DNA from: Tubiluchus corallicola
Lineage: Eukaryota > Animalia > Priapulida
Direction of reading: 5' to 3'
NCBI GenBank assembly: GCA_030141605.1
Contig: JAQGDQ010000001.1
Coordinates: forward strand, 2,294,001-2,358,000
DNA length: 64,000 bases
Both the position numbers and the translations under genes were made by a program. The notes beneath the pieces were generated by a model. It had not been told where the DNA came from. It ran no database searches and saw only the letters and a program-made list of their open reading frames with translations. Each line of letters starts with the position of its first letter. The first letter of the stretch is position 1. Positions 25,101-37,500 of this stretch are shown here, piece after piece.

Positions 25101-26846
25101 TATATTTGCTTGGTTTTACACAATATTAAAACAATGGCTAAAAATTTTCTGAAGCAGCACCCCCACTAATTTCAGCTACGAGCCGCTGCTGACAGTAATG
25201 CACTCATTTGCAAATTTACATCTTATATTTTCTTTTTGTGACAATTTTTTTCGTTAGAAAAGATTGTAGTTTCTTTTCTCAAAAAAAACTTGGCAGCATC
25301 AGTGGTATTATCATTTCCGTCAGATCTTGAGCATGAAACTGTACTGACAGACAGGGATTCATACCAGATGGAATTAGGCATCATCAGGCACTTTAAGCAC
25401 TTGCACATATTATTTAATTAGGATCTGTCAGCTGAAAGGCATAAACAGTGAGTTACTTTGAGGTAAGATGAAATTAGATCCATTGTCTCTTATGCAGTTT
25501 AGCACATTGCAAGTCATAATCCAATACACAATCCATGGCAGGATCATTTACTAATAATGAATAGTTTTAGGGGACTGGAACTTTAGCTCGCTAGCGAGGA
25601 GAGCTCTATAAGATCAAATACTGAACTGGCAAAAGTGTTTTAGTCCTATTCGGTTATATATCCCCCTCAGTCAGAGAAGCAAGGACCATGATAGGTGCAG
25701 CCACACAGCACCAGCTTTTCTGGCACCTGTTCATTTACAGAATTTGGCATTAATCAGCTATATACCAAAGTACACATAGTGACCAAACAAGCACTTTCCC
25801 TTACCTCATAACTCAAAATGAAAATAATACGAAATTCTTTCAGGCATTATAACTACTAATTAGTTTACCAAGGTTTTTTGTATTGAGCCACTGTAAGTTT
25901 AGTCTTAAACTGTGCTTATTTTGATGCTTTATTATTAATAATAATAATTAAATTGCACCAACATTTAAAAATTACTTATTTACTAGTAATTAATTATTTT
26001 TACAGCAATAAGAGAGTTAGGCAGCATAATCCGCAGTTCAAATCAGCTGCAATGCTTGAAGGGGACTTGAATGACGGACATTTCTTGCGTACATTCACTT
26101 TAAATGGAGCTGCCATAAGACCAATAAATGCAATGTAAGAAACATTTCAGTCAATTTCCATACTACACTGAAATTGCAAAAAAAAAATAATATTGTGCAA
26201 CAAATGATTACAAATCAGATATTGTTACATTGCCGAAAATTAATCAATATAGGGCTTTCAATCAACTAGCCAGTTGCAATTTTTATCAGTTTAGTAATAG
26301 ATATGAATAAGGTTGTCAATAGGCCAACAAAGAAAGCTTTTAGATTCAAGGAATACCTAGTACACAAAAATTCTTCTGCATGTAAGAAGGCTTAATCAAT
26401 AATTTGACATTTGTTTGTTTAGCACTCAATGATTGGAGGCTACCTCAAGCAAATTCAAGTTTCTGCAAAAGTGACACAAAAGTATTGTAAATAGTATTAC
26501 ACGTTAATACATGTATAATATAAACATTTAGATGAGTTCTTATCTTAAATATACATGTTTACCATTAATTTTGTATAACACATATAAAGGAACAGCATTT
26601 CTACATATCTGTTACCATGTATTTTGTTTTTCTAGGCATCCTGTAAATCGCAATACAGTAGGCTTAACAAATACAGGCTCAAACGAGTTTAAATCTGAAC
26701 CTACTATGGACTCACTTCACCAGGAAAATAGTTTTAGAGGAAGATCCACAAGTAGATCAAGATGCACTGATTCTGCATTTCCTGCAGACGAATTATTTGT
26801 GCGAGGATTTGGAAGAAATACACATGACCAGTTTAATCTAGAATGA
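19021..26846 (+). CDS. ZSWIM2: E3 ubiquitin ligase ZSWIM2/MEX-like (SWIM-RING-ZZ-RING), 11 coding exons, about 511 aa
   Basis: Exons 19021-19170, 19720-19837, 20801-21014, 21130-21270, 22114-22203, 22510-22591, 23158-23288, 23993-24155, 24267-24373, 26006-26134 and 26636-26846 join in frame (1536 nt), all GT-AG. Domain order and motifs (LREIGPTGF, VYLGDPHxCxC, QLGLVEREI, FGCGNNIHIKCM, REITEDDYDLLLQLD) are characteristic of ZSWIM2. Confidence 0.92.
19720..19837 (+). CDS. ZSWIM2: ZSWIM2 exon 2, SWIM finger (VYLGDPHNCSC..ELCKHLCW)
   Basis: ttttcag acceptor, gtaata donor; CxC...CxH signature. Confidence 0.93.
20801..21014 (+). CDS. ZSWIM2: ZSWIM2 exon 3, start of RING1 (CPICQD)
   Basis: ttgcag acceptor, gtatcg donor; within ORF 20785..21096. 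Confidence 0.92.
21130..21270 (+). CDS. ZSWIM2: ZSWIM2 exon 4, end of RING1 (FGCGNNIHIKC...CPLCR)
   Basis: cattag acceptor, gtgcat donor; phases 2/2 fit. Confidence 0.92.
21458..21939. repeat. Apparently perfect 239-bp tandem duplication in ZSWIM2 intron 4
   Basis: 21458-21696 is repeated at 21697-21935, bounded by TATT microhomology. Confidence 0.93.
22114..22203 (+). CDS. ZSWIM2: ZSWIM2 exon 5, start of ZZ finger (HFGTTCQGCNVSPINGKCY)
   Basis: acatag acceptor, gtaagt donor. Confidence 0.9.
22510..22591 (+). CDS. ZSWIM2: ZSWIM2 exon 6, end of ZZ finger (CQTCRGYYLCHECF..HKQH)
   Basis: tttcag acceptor, gtagag donor. Confidence 0.9.
22665..22850. repeat. Degenerate (GTT/GTC)n trinucleotide low-complexity tract
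   Basis: Runs such as gttgttgtcattgttgttgtcattgtcatt. Confidence 0.7.
23158..23288 (+). CDS. ZSWIM2: ZSWIM2 exon 7 (NQRWRS..LMNREITEDDYDLLLQLD)
   Basis: caatag acceptor, gtacga donor; phases 0/2 fit. Confidence 0.88.
23993..24155 (+). CDS. ZSWIM2: ZSWIM2 exon 8, start of RING2 (LLLPGQQCRVCL..LPCTHV)
   Basis: tttcag acceptor, gtaagt donor. Confidence 0.9.
24267..24373 (+). CDS. ZSWIM2: ZSWIM2 exon 9, end of RING2 (FHKPCIDSWL..CPVDG)
   Basis: ttacag acceptor, gtaagt donor. Confidence 0.9.
24465..24778. mobile_element. PIF/Harbinger (Tourist-like) MITE in ZSWIM2 intron 9
   Basis: Left end AGAGCGCATTCAGATTAGCGAGTTTT versus reverse complement of right end ACAGCACATTCCAACTGGCGAGTTTT; TWA-type flanks; internal GCGAG/CTCGC repeats. 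Confidence 0.7.
26006..26134 (+). CDS. ZSWIM2: ZSWIM2 exon 10 (poorly conserved tail)
   Basis: ttacag acceptor, gtaaga donor, open in the required phase 2/2; no homology support. Confidence 0.65.
26636..26846 (+). CDS. ZSWIM2: ZSWIM2 terminal coding exon
   Basis: Long pyrimidine tract then ctag; phase fits; TGA at 26844-26846; AATAAA at 27107-27112. Confidence 0.7.
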
Positions 26847-27106
26847 AATATCACTGTGAAAAGTTCATGCATGTATATTTTAAGAACCTATGCACCCTCA
26901 TGCATTATCTGATGTGAGAACTGACAAACATGTGGATACTTGACTGTTTTTCCAATATTTATGACTGACAAATGATTTCTTAGTGCCAAACCGATAAAGA
27001 ACAAAAATTGTTTTGAATTGAAAGATTCAAATATGCAAATAGTGGTTTAACACTGTTAATATAATGATGGTGACTGTTGTTAATAGGTTGTTTGTAATTT
27101 AAATAT

Positions 27107-27112
27107 AATAAA
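27107..27112 (+). promoter_or_regulatory. Candidate ZSWIM2 polyadenylation signal
   Basis: First AATAAA after the stop codon, about 260 nt downstream. Confidence 0.45.
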
Positions 27113-27136
27113 TACATTTGTAAGTTACTTAACTGT

Positions 27137-27459
27137 AATTTTAGATAGATAGGTGGAAAATTATGAACAAGAATTTTTTGAAGTCACCAACAACAATCAG
27201 AATTTTAGATAGATAGGTGGAAAATTATGAACAAGAATTTTATGAAGTCACCAACAACAATCAGAATTTTAGATAGATAGGTGGAAAATTATGAACAAGA
27301 ATTTTCTGAAGTCACCAACAACAATCAGAATTTTAGATAGATAGGTGGAAAATTATGAACAAGAATTTTATGAAGTCACCAACAACAATCAGAATTTTAG
27401 ATAGATAGGTGGAAAATTATGAACAAGAATTTTCTGAAGTCACCAACAACAATCAGAAT
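27137..27459. repeat. Minisatellite, 5 x 64-bp tandem units
   Basis: Unit AATTTTAGATAGATAGGTGGAAAATTATGAACAAGAATTTT[T/A/C]TGAAGTCACCAACAACAATCAG starts at 27137, 27201, 27265, 27329 and 27393. Confidence 0.97.
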
Positions 27460-28305
27460 ATAAATCACATTTTACGTGTATCATCAGTGTGATTTCCGTG
27501 ATCTTTTTTTGCAGAAAATACATTCACAAATTACAGTAGTATTAGGCTTTATGAAGTTATACATATGGTGACTGATGATACTGCATGCAATTTGCTAATA
27601 ATAAATCACTGCTATTTATTATGTAGAATTGGCTATGTTTGCTGTATAATGCACTTTGTAATGTACTTGATAATGTTGAAATAGTATTCAAACACATCAT
27701 CAAAGGTAGAATTTTTCAACAATTTTTAATAATGTGATTATTATTGATAGCTACAAAATCATACAAATAATAATAATAACAATTATTATATACTCGTAAG
27801 TTTGATTGGTCAAGTAAAATCAGGAATGTGTTATTTTATCACAATTTTCCTTTGTGAACTTACCTTTTACACAATACAATTTCATGAAGATAATTATGAT
27901 ATTAATTAGTTATCATATTTTACATAGCAAAGCATGTACAAGATCAGTATTATTAACATGAGGTACACATACAAGAGGAATGGACAACTGAAATCAGTAT
28001 TAGACAACACACAGTTATTATTTCAAAATAACAAAAACAATACTATTATGAAGAAACAAATGGAACAAAGAGTTCAATCAGAAAAGAAAAGTGCTATCTG
28101 TATAAATAACAATGTAAATTCTGATTCCTTTTAATGAAAGAAAAGTCAGATTATGGCACCTGGAAGTTTGAAATCAACAATTTTGCCTGGTGGCACATTT
28201 AACTCACTTAAAAATAGAAACAAGTACATAGTTGCAAGCCGTTCTTGCTTTTTCCAAATGCTGTTTACCAGTTAGCTAAACTTCCATGTGGCGTATGAAC
28301 AGCGA

Positions 28306-28507
28306 TCACATGACTGTAGTTTCTTTACTCGGAAAGAAGATATCTTGAAAGTCTGTTAGGAAGGATTCTACTACATTATTTTGATGTACCAGTTCGACAG
28401 CAAATGAACTAGCTGAAGACTCGATCTCCTGTCTCAGCAACGTTGGACCAAAGACGATCGCAAGATTGTGAGCATGCATTCTGTTGACATCACTCTGTTG
28501 AATAACC
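28306..28507 (-). CDS. ARHGAP12: RhoGAP terminal exon (VIQQSDVNRMHAHNLAIVFGPTLL...)
   Basis: ttttctag acceptor; TGA stop at 28306-28308. Confidence 0.93.
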
Positions 28508-31500
28508 CTAGAAAAAATCAACATGGCATCGATATTATAAAAGACGGTAATCCTGATTCTCAATGTCTGTAGTTCATTGAATGCTTTAAGGAATTTAGAG
28601 TGAGAAGGATAATGCTAGAATAAAATGGATTTTCTTTCTTTCAGAAAGCAAAGTTTTTAGAGTTTTTGGCTAATAACACATTCAGACAATCATAACATGT
28701 CACTGCACACACAACGTACCTTTGCAAATGGGTAAAGAAAAACTTCAGTGTGTCACGATGAGGTCTTGGCATTTTGTTGACATGTTCTCGAAACTTAGTT
28801 ACCCGTGTCAACTTATTTGATAATTCTGCAAACAAGATCTTTATTACAGCATTTGTGCAATGCAAATAAAAAATCAGATTAAAAAAAAAAGTACAGATTT
28901 TTAATTCTAAAGATGTGAATCAGATTCAAAAGATGTTCCTTCTGCTATGCAGTTCTTTAACTTATTTTTCACAATGCGATTTAATGCCAACAATATAATA
29001 AGTCAGGAATAAATGGATTGTTTAAAAAATATACTTAACTACAAATAGCAAAGTGGTCAGGCAGAGTGCTTGGCTCCAAACTTAAGCAGAATGGAGTTTT
29101 CTGAACAAATAAATCTGAATACAAAAAAGTAAAAATTGTGAAAACCTAATTCTCTAAAGTATAAAGGACGATGTGGCATATTAATAAACTGCCTCTTGCT
29201 GTTGGTTCAGAACTTCAGAAATTTAATTAAGCAATGATCTTATACTTACTTATAGAAAACATGAATTCATCATACATATTAAATGGTATCAGTGGCTCCT
29301 TTAATTCACGGAAGAACAGTTTCAATGCACCAGTGAGAACATGTACATCTTCCTTATGCCATTGCACTTTTGACAAGCTCTGATCTGCCTGTGTACGCAC
29401 TTTTTGTATTTGTGCTAGATTACCGCTCATTCGATATAATCCATCGGCATCCAGACCTGAAAAAATTGCACAATTAAAAATACGCTCGAGTGTTTTGTAA
29501 TTCTCATTGCACAAATGCACTGTATTCCACATTTCGAAAGTAACCTACATCATTACTTAAAGTTCATTTTGTAGTCTGCCAAAAATACTAGCCAAATGTT
29601 TCTTGTAATGATAAAAATGCATAAGCATTCCTATAAACTTTAGTCTGATTCTATTATGCCATTCATTATCATTTTGGAAAATGGTTACGTTTTCTAAATG
29701 TTCAATCTACAGATTTGCACATCAGCTAAAATTAAAGTAAGTAAAACCTTTAATTTCGATTTCCTCAACACATCTTTTCACGAAATTTGGCACAGTTGAA
29801 TGGTCCCTTTCAAACAAATGCATCAGCGTAGTACCAAAACACTCTTCATCTGAAACAAACCACTTTGTTACACAATTCATAACATTAAAGAAACATTGCA
29901 GAATTGCTGACAAAACCTTGAATGACAATGCAATACACCTTGGCTGTATACACTGGAAAACAAGAAAGTTGATTTAAGAACTAATTTTGTCATAAAGGTA
30001 AAATTAAGAAAAAACAATAAAGAAGGGATTTGCCAGTCTACAAAATATTACACTAAACTATTACAGCCTGAGAGCACAAATTGCTTTAATCTTTAAACCG
30101 GCCATCTTATTAATTAAATTACGAGAACTATGCATCTTAGAGTCCCGCATGGTATGCACATGACAACTAACCAACATGCTTAAATTTGCTAATTACTCAA
30201 CAGTTACTTTGCACACTAATAAGATGCTTAGTTAAAAATGAGAGCTAATTTATTTTCAATGATCAAGGGTGAGATTATACTAAGACTTAAACAAAACTTT
30301 TCAAAACTGCCAAGATTTACAAAATCAACAGAGTAAATCACTGAATCCTGAATAAAAACCAGAGCATAATTGATGCTGCAGGTCTCCTGACTCTCCTCTT
30401 GTCACATGAAGAACTTGTCGTTCAATACAAGATCATTCTTTTTGGCCTAATTTGTTTGACAAATTCATATAAGTAAAAAAGACATGCAAAGAACACTAAT
30501 TTCCCAGTCTCGTGGTCAAATACGGTGAAATGGTTTTCATATCCAAATTTCATACAGCAAGTTTCATACAACTGGCATTTTTGGCCACATTCCCCAATAT
30601 TTATCTTTGTTCCATGGCCAATGAATGTCATCACCTAAAAGTTCTCAGTGATCATTAGTACCTACACTTGACATTTTGCAGGACAAAATCTGCCTTAACA
30701 ACACTATAGCTGAAATTTTTCGAATCTTGAATCTGTCACTTCTGGGGGTCAGGTTTGGAATAAAACACTTTTGTCATAGCTGAGATGCCAAGATGCCAGT
30801 GCAGTCACCTATATTATTAGTATAACTGTAATTCCTCGCATTGAGCTTACTCGGATTCTTCCACTATAAAAAAATTGATGGATCCTCCCTCCCTCTAGGG
30901 GACAATCACACAGGCCATCATCCAAAAGTTGACAACTCTCACCTTACATCTACATTAGACATTTTGCAGGACAAAAACTGTCTTTACCACCCAACAGTAG
31001 CAACTGTTTGAATCCTGGATCTATCCTTCCCCTGGGGTTAAAATATTTTGGATTGTCAAAGCTGGATTGCCAGTAGTTGACAGGCCACTCTAATTCCTTG
31101 TACTGAGCTCACAGATTTTCCTACTATAATACCCATCATCCTGGATCCACCTCTCTTGGGATGGGATGAAATTCTTTCTACGTGGAGTTGTCAGTAGACG
31201 ACAGGCAATTCTAATTCCTTACATTGAGATGACTCAGATGCTCACACTATGCCCACAGCTGCTGCACAAGTATTGAGGTTTCTACCTGTTTACCCTCTTC
31301 TGATTATATCCAGAGGATGGCCTTTGACATTCACCGTCATCTTGTCCCAAAGTTATCCCAAAACCTCTAGGCTACCCCAAGTGGTTCAGCTATAACTGGC
31401 TTAAACTCAAACTGCGAATGGCACACTACCACGACAGTTGGAAAGGGGTAAGCTGTCACTACTGACAGCGACTCAAGTTTTGAATTTTGTATCATCATTT

Positions 31501-34500
31501 CAGATGATACTAACAATTGTAAAAAATAATAAGGTAGTAAAGATCCTTAATTAATACCTTTAATAATTCCTTTTTCTTCAAGCACTTTAGCAGGTGGGCG
31601 CCGCTGGAAGAATTTCTTCAGTCGATTTTTAATTTTAACTTTTCTCTCAGCTGGAGAAATGAGCTGATCAAGGTCATCTGTTGATGAGGCACGAGGTATA
31701 TCAGTCATAGACTTGTGCGAGTGTTTATCTGCAAAAATGATAACCAAAATAGAGAAACATAATTTATCAGTTAACTGACACAATGAAAATATTCAATTTT
31801 GTTTTTAAATTATAAAACACACACTTAAGTACCCATCTGTATACCTATTAAGTACCAATTATACATCTGTAATAATACCTGTAAGAAGTATGTCTAAGCG
31901 ACGTGTGTGAGAGTTTGGATTGGTGCAAAATTATCAAAATTAGTAGCTTTAGCTGTTTCAGACAAATATCAAAGCAGTTTCTGTATTATGATTATAACAT
32001 CATTTGTTATTTTATGTGTGATTAGACTGATTCCCACACATCCAACAGACAATTTAGAAGTTTAGATGCTATTTATACTATTGGAAATGTGCCGACTTGG
32101 ACTTGTAACATAATAAAAAGTGATGACTTTTAAGTAGCAAACAGTTTATTTAACTTTATTAAGCAGCACAGTTCAACACAGCACAGCTTAGTTCAACACT
32201 ATACTTGGTTGACGCTGACAGGGTCGTAGGACCTTCAACCCGAGCAAACCAAGTAAGCATTAGAACCATGTAATTTCTGTCAGAAAACTACCAATACTCA
32301 AATATATAAAAAGTTTACAAAGTAATCTTGCCCCACCCATTACAAAGAGTGATTGCCTTTTCCTAGGATAAAAACTTGTAAGAAAGAAGAAAAACCAAAT
32401 AATTAGAACAAGGTTGACAAACACTCTCAAACAAGCATAGCAAATACATATGTAGTGCCAACTCATTGTTTTGGAAAAATTTCTTATTACACAACAGATC
32501 TTTCTCACATTTGATTTCTTATCTTCACAGTTGTTTTAAATTCATATGATGTTAACGAAAATAGTTGTCTGATCTACTGACATCACCATGAATGTTACTA
32601 TGACTAAGACTAGTAGGACCTCTGTCTTTGATTTATTTCCATGTCACATAAAGAAATATAAAAGTTAACACTCCCAGTAGTATTAATCACAAAATAGACA
32701 GAGATGAGCTTTAAGTTCAGTGTGACTTGACTTTTCGTCCCCCATATTTATGACAAGTAGAAGTGACCATAAATGCTAGATTTAGCAGAATAAGCAATAG
32801 CCTTTTCTATACATGGACCTCACTGTCCATGAAATTCTCAACAAAATAACAAGAAACTCACTAGGTGCATTACATAAATCCAGGTTGGCAGACACATGCA
32901 GGTAGCAACAAGTACCAAAACAATCATTTAGTGAAAGCAAACAAGGTGGTAATTTTAGTAAAGGCAGTATAATAATTCCATATGAACAAAAGTTACTCTA
33001 AACATACCAAAATTTTCATTTTCGTCTATCTCAGAAGAGGAACTCAATGTTGTAGGATGAAACCGACCTGCCAATTCAGCAAAGACTGATTGCAAATGCC
33101 CTTTCACAAGTTTTTGATCACACTCTACATCCACATTTCTACCTGGCACATAAGCTGTGAATTTAAACTTAGAGTTACTTGGGGAAGATGTTGGTGGAGT
33201 AAAAACGCTAACGTCGTCCACACTTACAACTTCGAAATCATCATCATCTGCATGTTGGTTTCCCAAGTAAAAATCTGTTGACTCTGCTTTTCCATGAGGT
33301 TTTTCACTTTTCAGATCAATGTTTGTGCAATATACGGGTATCTTCTCTGACCTCACGTAAGTTGATTTTGGATCTAAGGGTAAACTAGGTGAAGGTCTGA
33401 GTCTGCTAATTAAACCACATGAGTGATCTAAGCTCAGGCGCTTAACATGTTTACTGGTAGTGTTTTCTTCTTTTTCTGCTTGCTCCATAACAGAATCGAA
33501 ACCTCTAGCTCCTAAGTTCTGTTTATCTGAGTTGGTGGAAGATGCCTCAGATGATTTAGCTTGGTGCAAATGTTGAAAGGAATCGCTACTGGAGCGTTTG
33601 TGAGACAATGCACAGGGTAATGCGGGAGGAAAAATCTTTTTACTTACACTGGTAGGGGATACTCGTTTTAAACTCAACGCTAAGTCGGTTGGCTTAGGTT
33701 TTACAGCAGGGGGCGATTTGACCTTTTTAACAGCGGATTCAACATTAATTTTTTTTTCGTAAATTATACCATCAAAGGAAATGTTTTCATAAGGAGTTTT
33801 CTTTGTACGAGGATTAGGAGGTGGTCTGTAATTCGATTCAATTGGTCGTTCACTTGATGTAATTATACCCGCTGCATCATTTTCGCAAACTAGTTGTCCA
33901 GAAGCTGTATTAATCAAAACTGGATCTGTCATGGAAATGCAGCTTCCACAAAAATTAGCCTGACATGACTTGTCCTGCATTTGAAGAGAGGGATATGATG
34001 ACTTAGGTGGTTCAGTTGCTATCCTCAGTCCATTGTGACAATAGCAACCAGTTAGTACAGGTTGATAGTTACAACAATAAAACATGATGCAGTTGATCTT
34101 CCTACAGGCTAAACAAATTGAACTGTTTTAAAGACAATTCCTTTTTCTAACTTTCATCTTCTCTAGTTCACAACTTCTTTTTGGTATTTGATTATATTTC
34201 TACGGTTACCATTTGTACTTTAGAAAAGAGTAGCTTCGGTGCACTGTAGGTAACAAAAACTAATACTGTAACACATCACCTAGCAGAAAACATGTTTATA
34301 CTTCACAGCTACATCGCTAGATTATACAAAATACTGTGACTCAATAAATGGCGCGCACGTAAATAGTTTGACAATAATTTCACCATCAGTACTAGCGATT
34401 AGTTCACATTCTGTTGGCATAACACATTACACTCATTGCATGTAAAAAAGTGATAGTAAAATTCCAAAATCACAAAAAAGTGATAGGAAAATTCTAAAAT

Positions 34501-37500
34501 CACAAGGTTCTGTCTCATGTTACACTGGCCATCCTTATAATAATATCCTTTCAATACATAGTTAATATAAGACAGTATATCCTGGCTACTTCCTGCATTT
34601 CCAACCAGCCCATCTTTTCTTATCAGCAAAATACAACACCCGTATTCAATGTAATGTTACAAATTTATGGAGGAAGTTTATAATACATTAAATAAGTGAG
34701 AAACCCGATTAGCATAAACTCAATTGTAAACATTAAATTTTATTACACAAAGTCTGGGCCACAGCAAGCAGAATAGCCAGAGTGGCTTTGGTTTATCAAC
34801 CAAACTTAAGCAAATGCGGATCTTTGTTGGTAAATGACCAGATCTGAGATTATCGATTAACTGCTTTTTGGCATTTGGTTGTATATTGCCTCTGCCAGTT
34901 CAACTCAAATTAAAAGCTTATCCTCGAAAATCAAGTAATTTCTCGTACAGCAGTGTTAATCTATACTAAATAAGCCTTATTCAAATTATTGTAAATCCAC
35001 AAATTCAAGGCTTCCTCTGCAAAAACAGTAAAGTTCAAGTTGTAAGCCTTTCTCCTCAATTTTAAAATACTGTGTTATGGCTCTAACCTAATTTGCAGCA
35101 CTTCATTGCCCTCAGGCATGCATCAAAATTTGTACAATATAGCAAACCCATGTTTGAGAAACAGCATTAATACTATAATTATTACTTAAAATTTGACGTT
35201 TTAACTAAATTGTTGATTATGCACAGGCCAATGAATATTTTTTGCTTTCGTAGAAAATAACTACAAACAGACATAGCTTCAAACTATATGTGCAGCAAAC
35301 GAAATGTGAGATATCTTTTTGTTATCTTTTAATAATCTAATTGCATTTACTTTCAATTGTATTCACTTCTTTTCATAGCAGGATTAGCAAAATTTTATGC
35401 AAATATGATGGGTTTTGTTTCAGTCATGTGTTTCTGAATTATATTTCTGAAGATATAGACAGTCTTGATAATAAATGTGTGTTTAGAGTAAATACCTGGG
35501 CGCTGCTTAATGTTTATAAGACTAATGACCTCGAATGACTTTAAAAACAAACTAGTTTTGGTGATTAGCTACGACTAGAGTAGTGCAATTACACACTTGC
35601 ACTATTTTATTAACTCGCCCCTAAATGGATGACAAAAACTTGCTCAGTCAGCATAGCAATGCCCATTCCGGCAGTGCAATGTTATAAACTACAGAAGGAC
35701 AATTGCAGCTGCGTGCCACAAACACCATAGTAACCTATTGTTCCAGCTAAGCTGTGGCTTGCTGCTGCATGAAATTTTACACAATTTTTTTACAAATATC
35801 ATTAGAGCACAAAACATTTATGCCCAGAATTTGCACAAGTAACATATTCTGGTTGGATATTTCATTAGCTACTTGAAGATGCCAGCTGTTTCTGTATAAG
35901 TAGGCAAATAATTCAACTACTTGAGAAAAACCACCGATAACCCATGAAAAGCGTTTCATTTATTGAACAAAATAGCATAAAACACTTAATAAATTTACCA
36001 AAAATGCACAAAACCCAAAAATTATCTTGACACAAAAATGTGGTCATTACAAAGCTTAAGAACCTCTCTTAATAGATCTGTTGCCTGTTTTTACCTGCAA
36101 ATACTCATTATAAGAAAATTGACCAATACTGTGTAAAAAATGAATTTCCCAATGACAATCAAGTTGATCAAGCACAAAAATGAAACTTGAAGCTGCTCTA
36201 CTCACAGTCACACGTTATACAAATGTGTGCTTGCACAGCAAAATCACCCATAAGTCGGCAATTAACGTTCTCTAGTTATTCATATACCCTGAATCTCCAT
36301 TTCACTTTGGAGTATCATTTTGATACCAAGCTCTTCGCTCTATGTTATTTCTAAGCTGAGATAATCCACGTTGAAGTTGAGATGCACGCTACACAGTGAA
36401 AAACTTAATCTTGAGAAAACTGCTGTTAAAGTCAGTCATCGTTTTTGTGGCATCTCTACAAAACACTTAGCAACCATACGAAAGAGTGGTTACTATGAAC
36501 TTTGCAAGAGCACATTGAAATTATGTTTAAATCCAGTAGATGGCTCTTCCTGATGAAGATTTTGGCCTGTCAACAGAAAGAACCCGAAGCAAAATGACTG
36601 CTTCCACGAGCTACTATTGGAGTTTAAAAATACAAGTTTTTTGCAATTGCAGCACTGGTTCCTAGGCAGAGAAATGGGCACGGGGTTATAAAATTAAATT
36701 TTTAGAATTTCCTGGACATAGTCTTTATAATTCAATACTAGAATATAAAAGTCCAATATATTTAGCGTTTGTTTTTATAAAAAACGAAAAATTAACATTA
36801 GACCAAAATTTTGGTGCATTGTACTTTATGAAGCATCATAACGTAGTTTTAACTATGCTGACTTATGGACGGTTTTGGTTTGTAAGTACACAAATATTTG
36901 TAATTTTACATTAGCTGTCAATGTATAAGAGTGCAATTTCTAAACAATGTACTTTTTCATAAAAAACATAATTAAGTGTATGTGTACCATTACCTATAGT
37001 ATGTGAATAACATATGGAGGTATATGACAGACCCAAAACAGCAAAGAATTAGACTAAATAGCTAATTATTTTACAACAATTTTTCAGTAAGCTGAATATA
37101 ATTTTCTTTTCACTCTGTACCTTCATTGATTAAGCTAACATGCTTGGGGGAGGGGTGGTCTAGAGCAGGTGTTCAGTGTCCATTATGGAATGATCTTATT
37201 GCGCAATTAATAGTGTAAACATCTTGGAAGTCGTGTTAAATAGTATTGACAAAAGCTTTAAAAGTCGTTTAAGTCACCTGGGCTTTTATACAGTGGAGTA
37301 TATAGGAGTGTGTTTTTCCCATAAAACGGTTTCTGTAAATAATTTAACAATTTCTATGAACTGGTTGTTTGGTTGAACTTCGGACCCTTAGTTCTCGAAC
37401 TAGGTAATATCAAAGACGTGAATATAACAAAACATTGCAAACAATACCAAACACAGAACAAAGCAAGAACACTTCGAAACGGCAACAAGCACAACATTCT

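Noticed and set aside
25324-25462. Extra ZSWIM2 exon candidate (cag...gag|gtaag)
   Set aside because: Immediate in-frame TGA in the required phase; the gene closes in frame without it.
27137-27459. CRISPR-like array
   Set aside because: Units are head-to-tail with no unique spacers, there are no cas genes, and the context is eukaryotic. It is a minisatellite.
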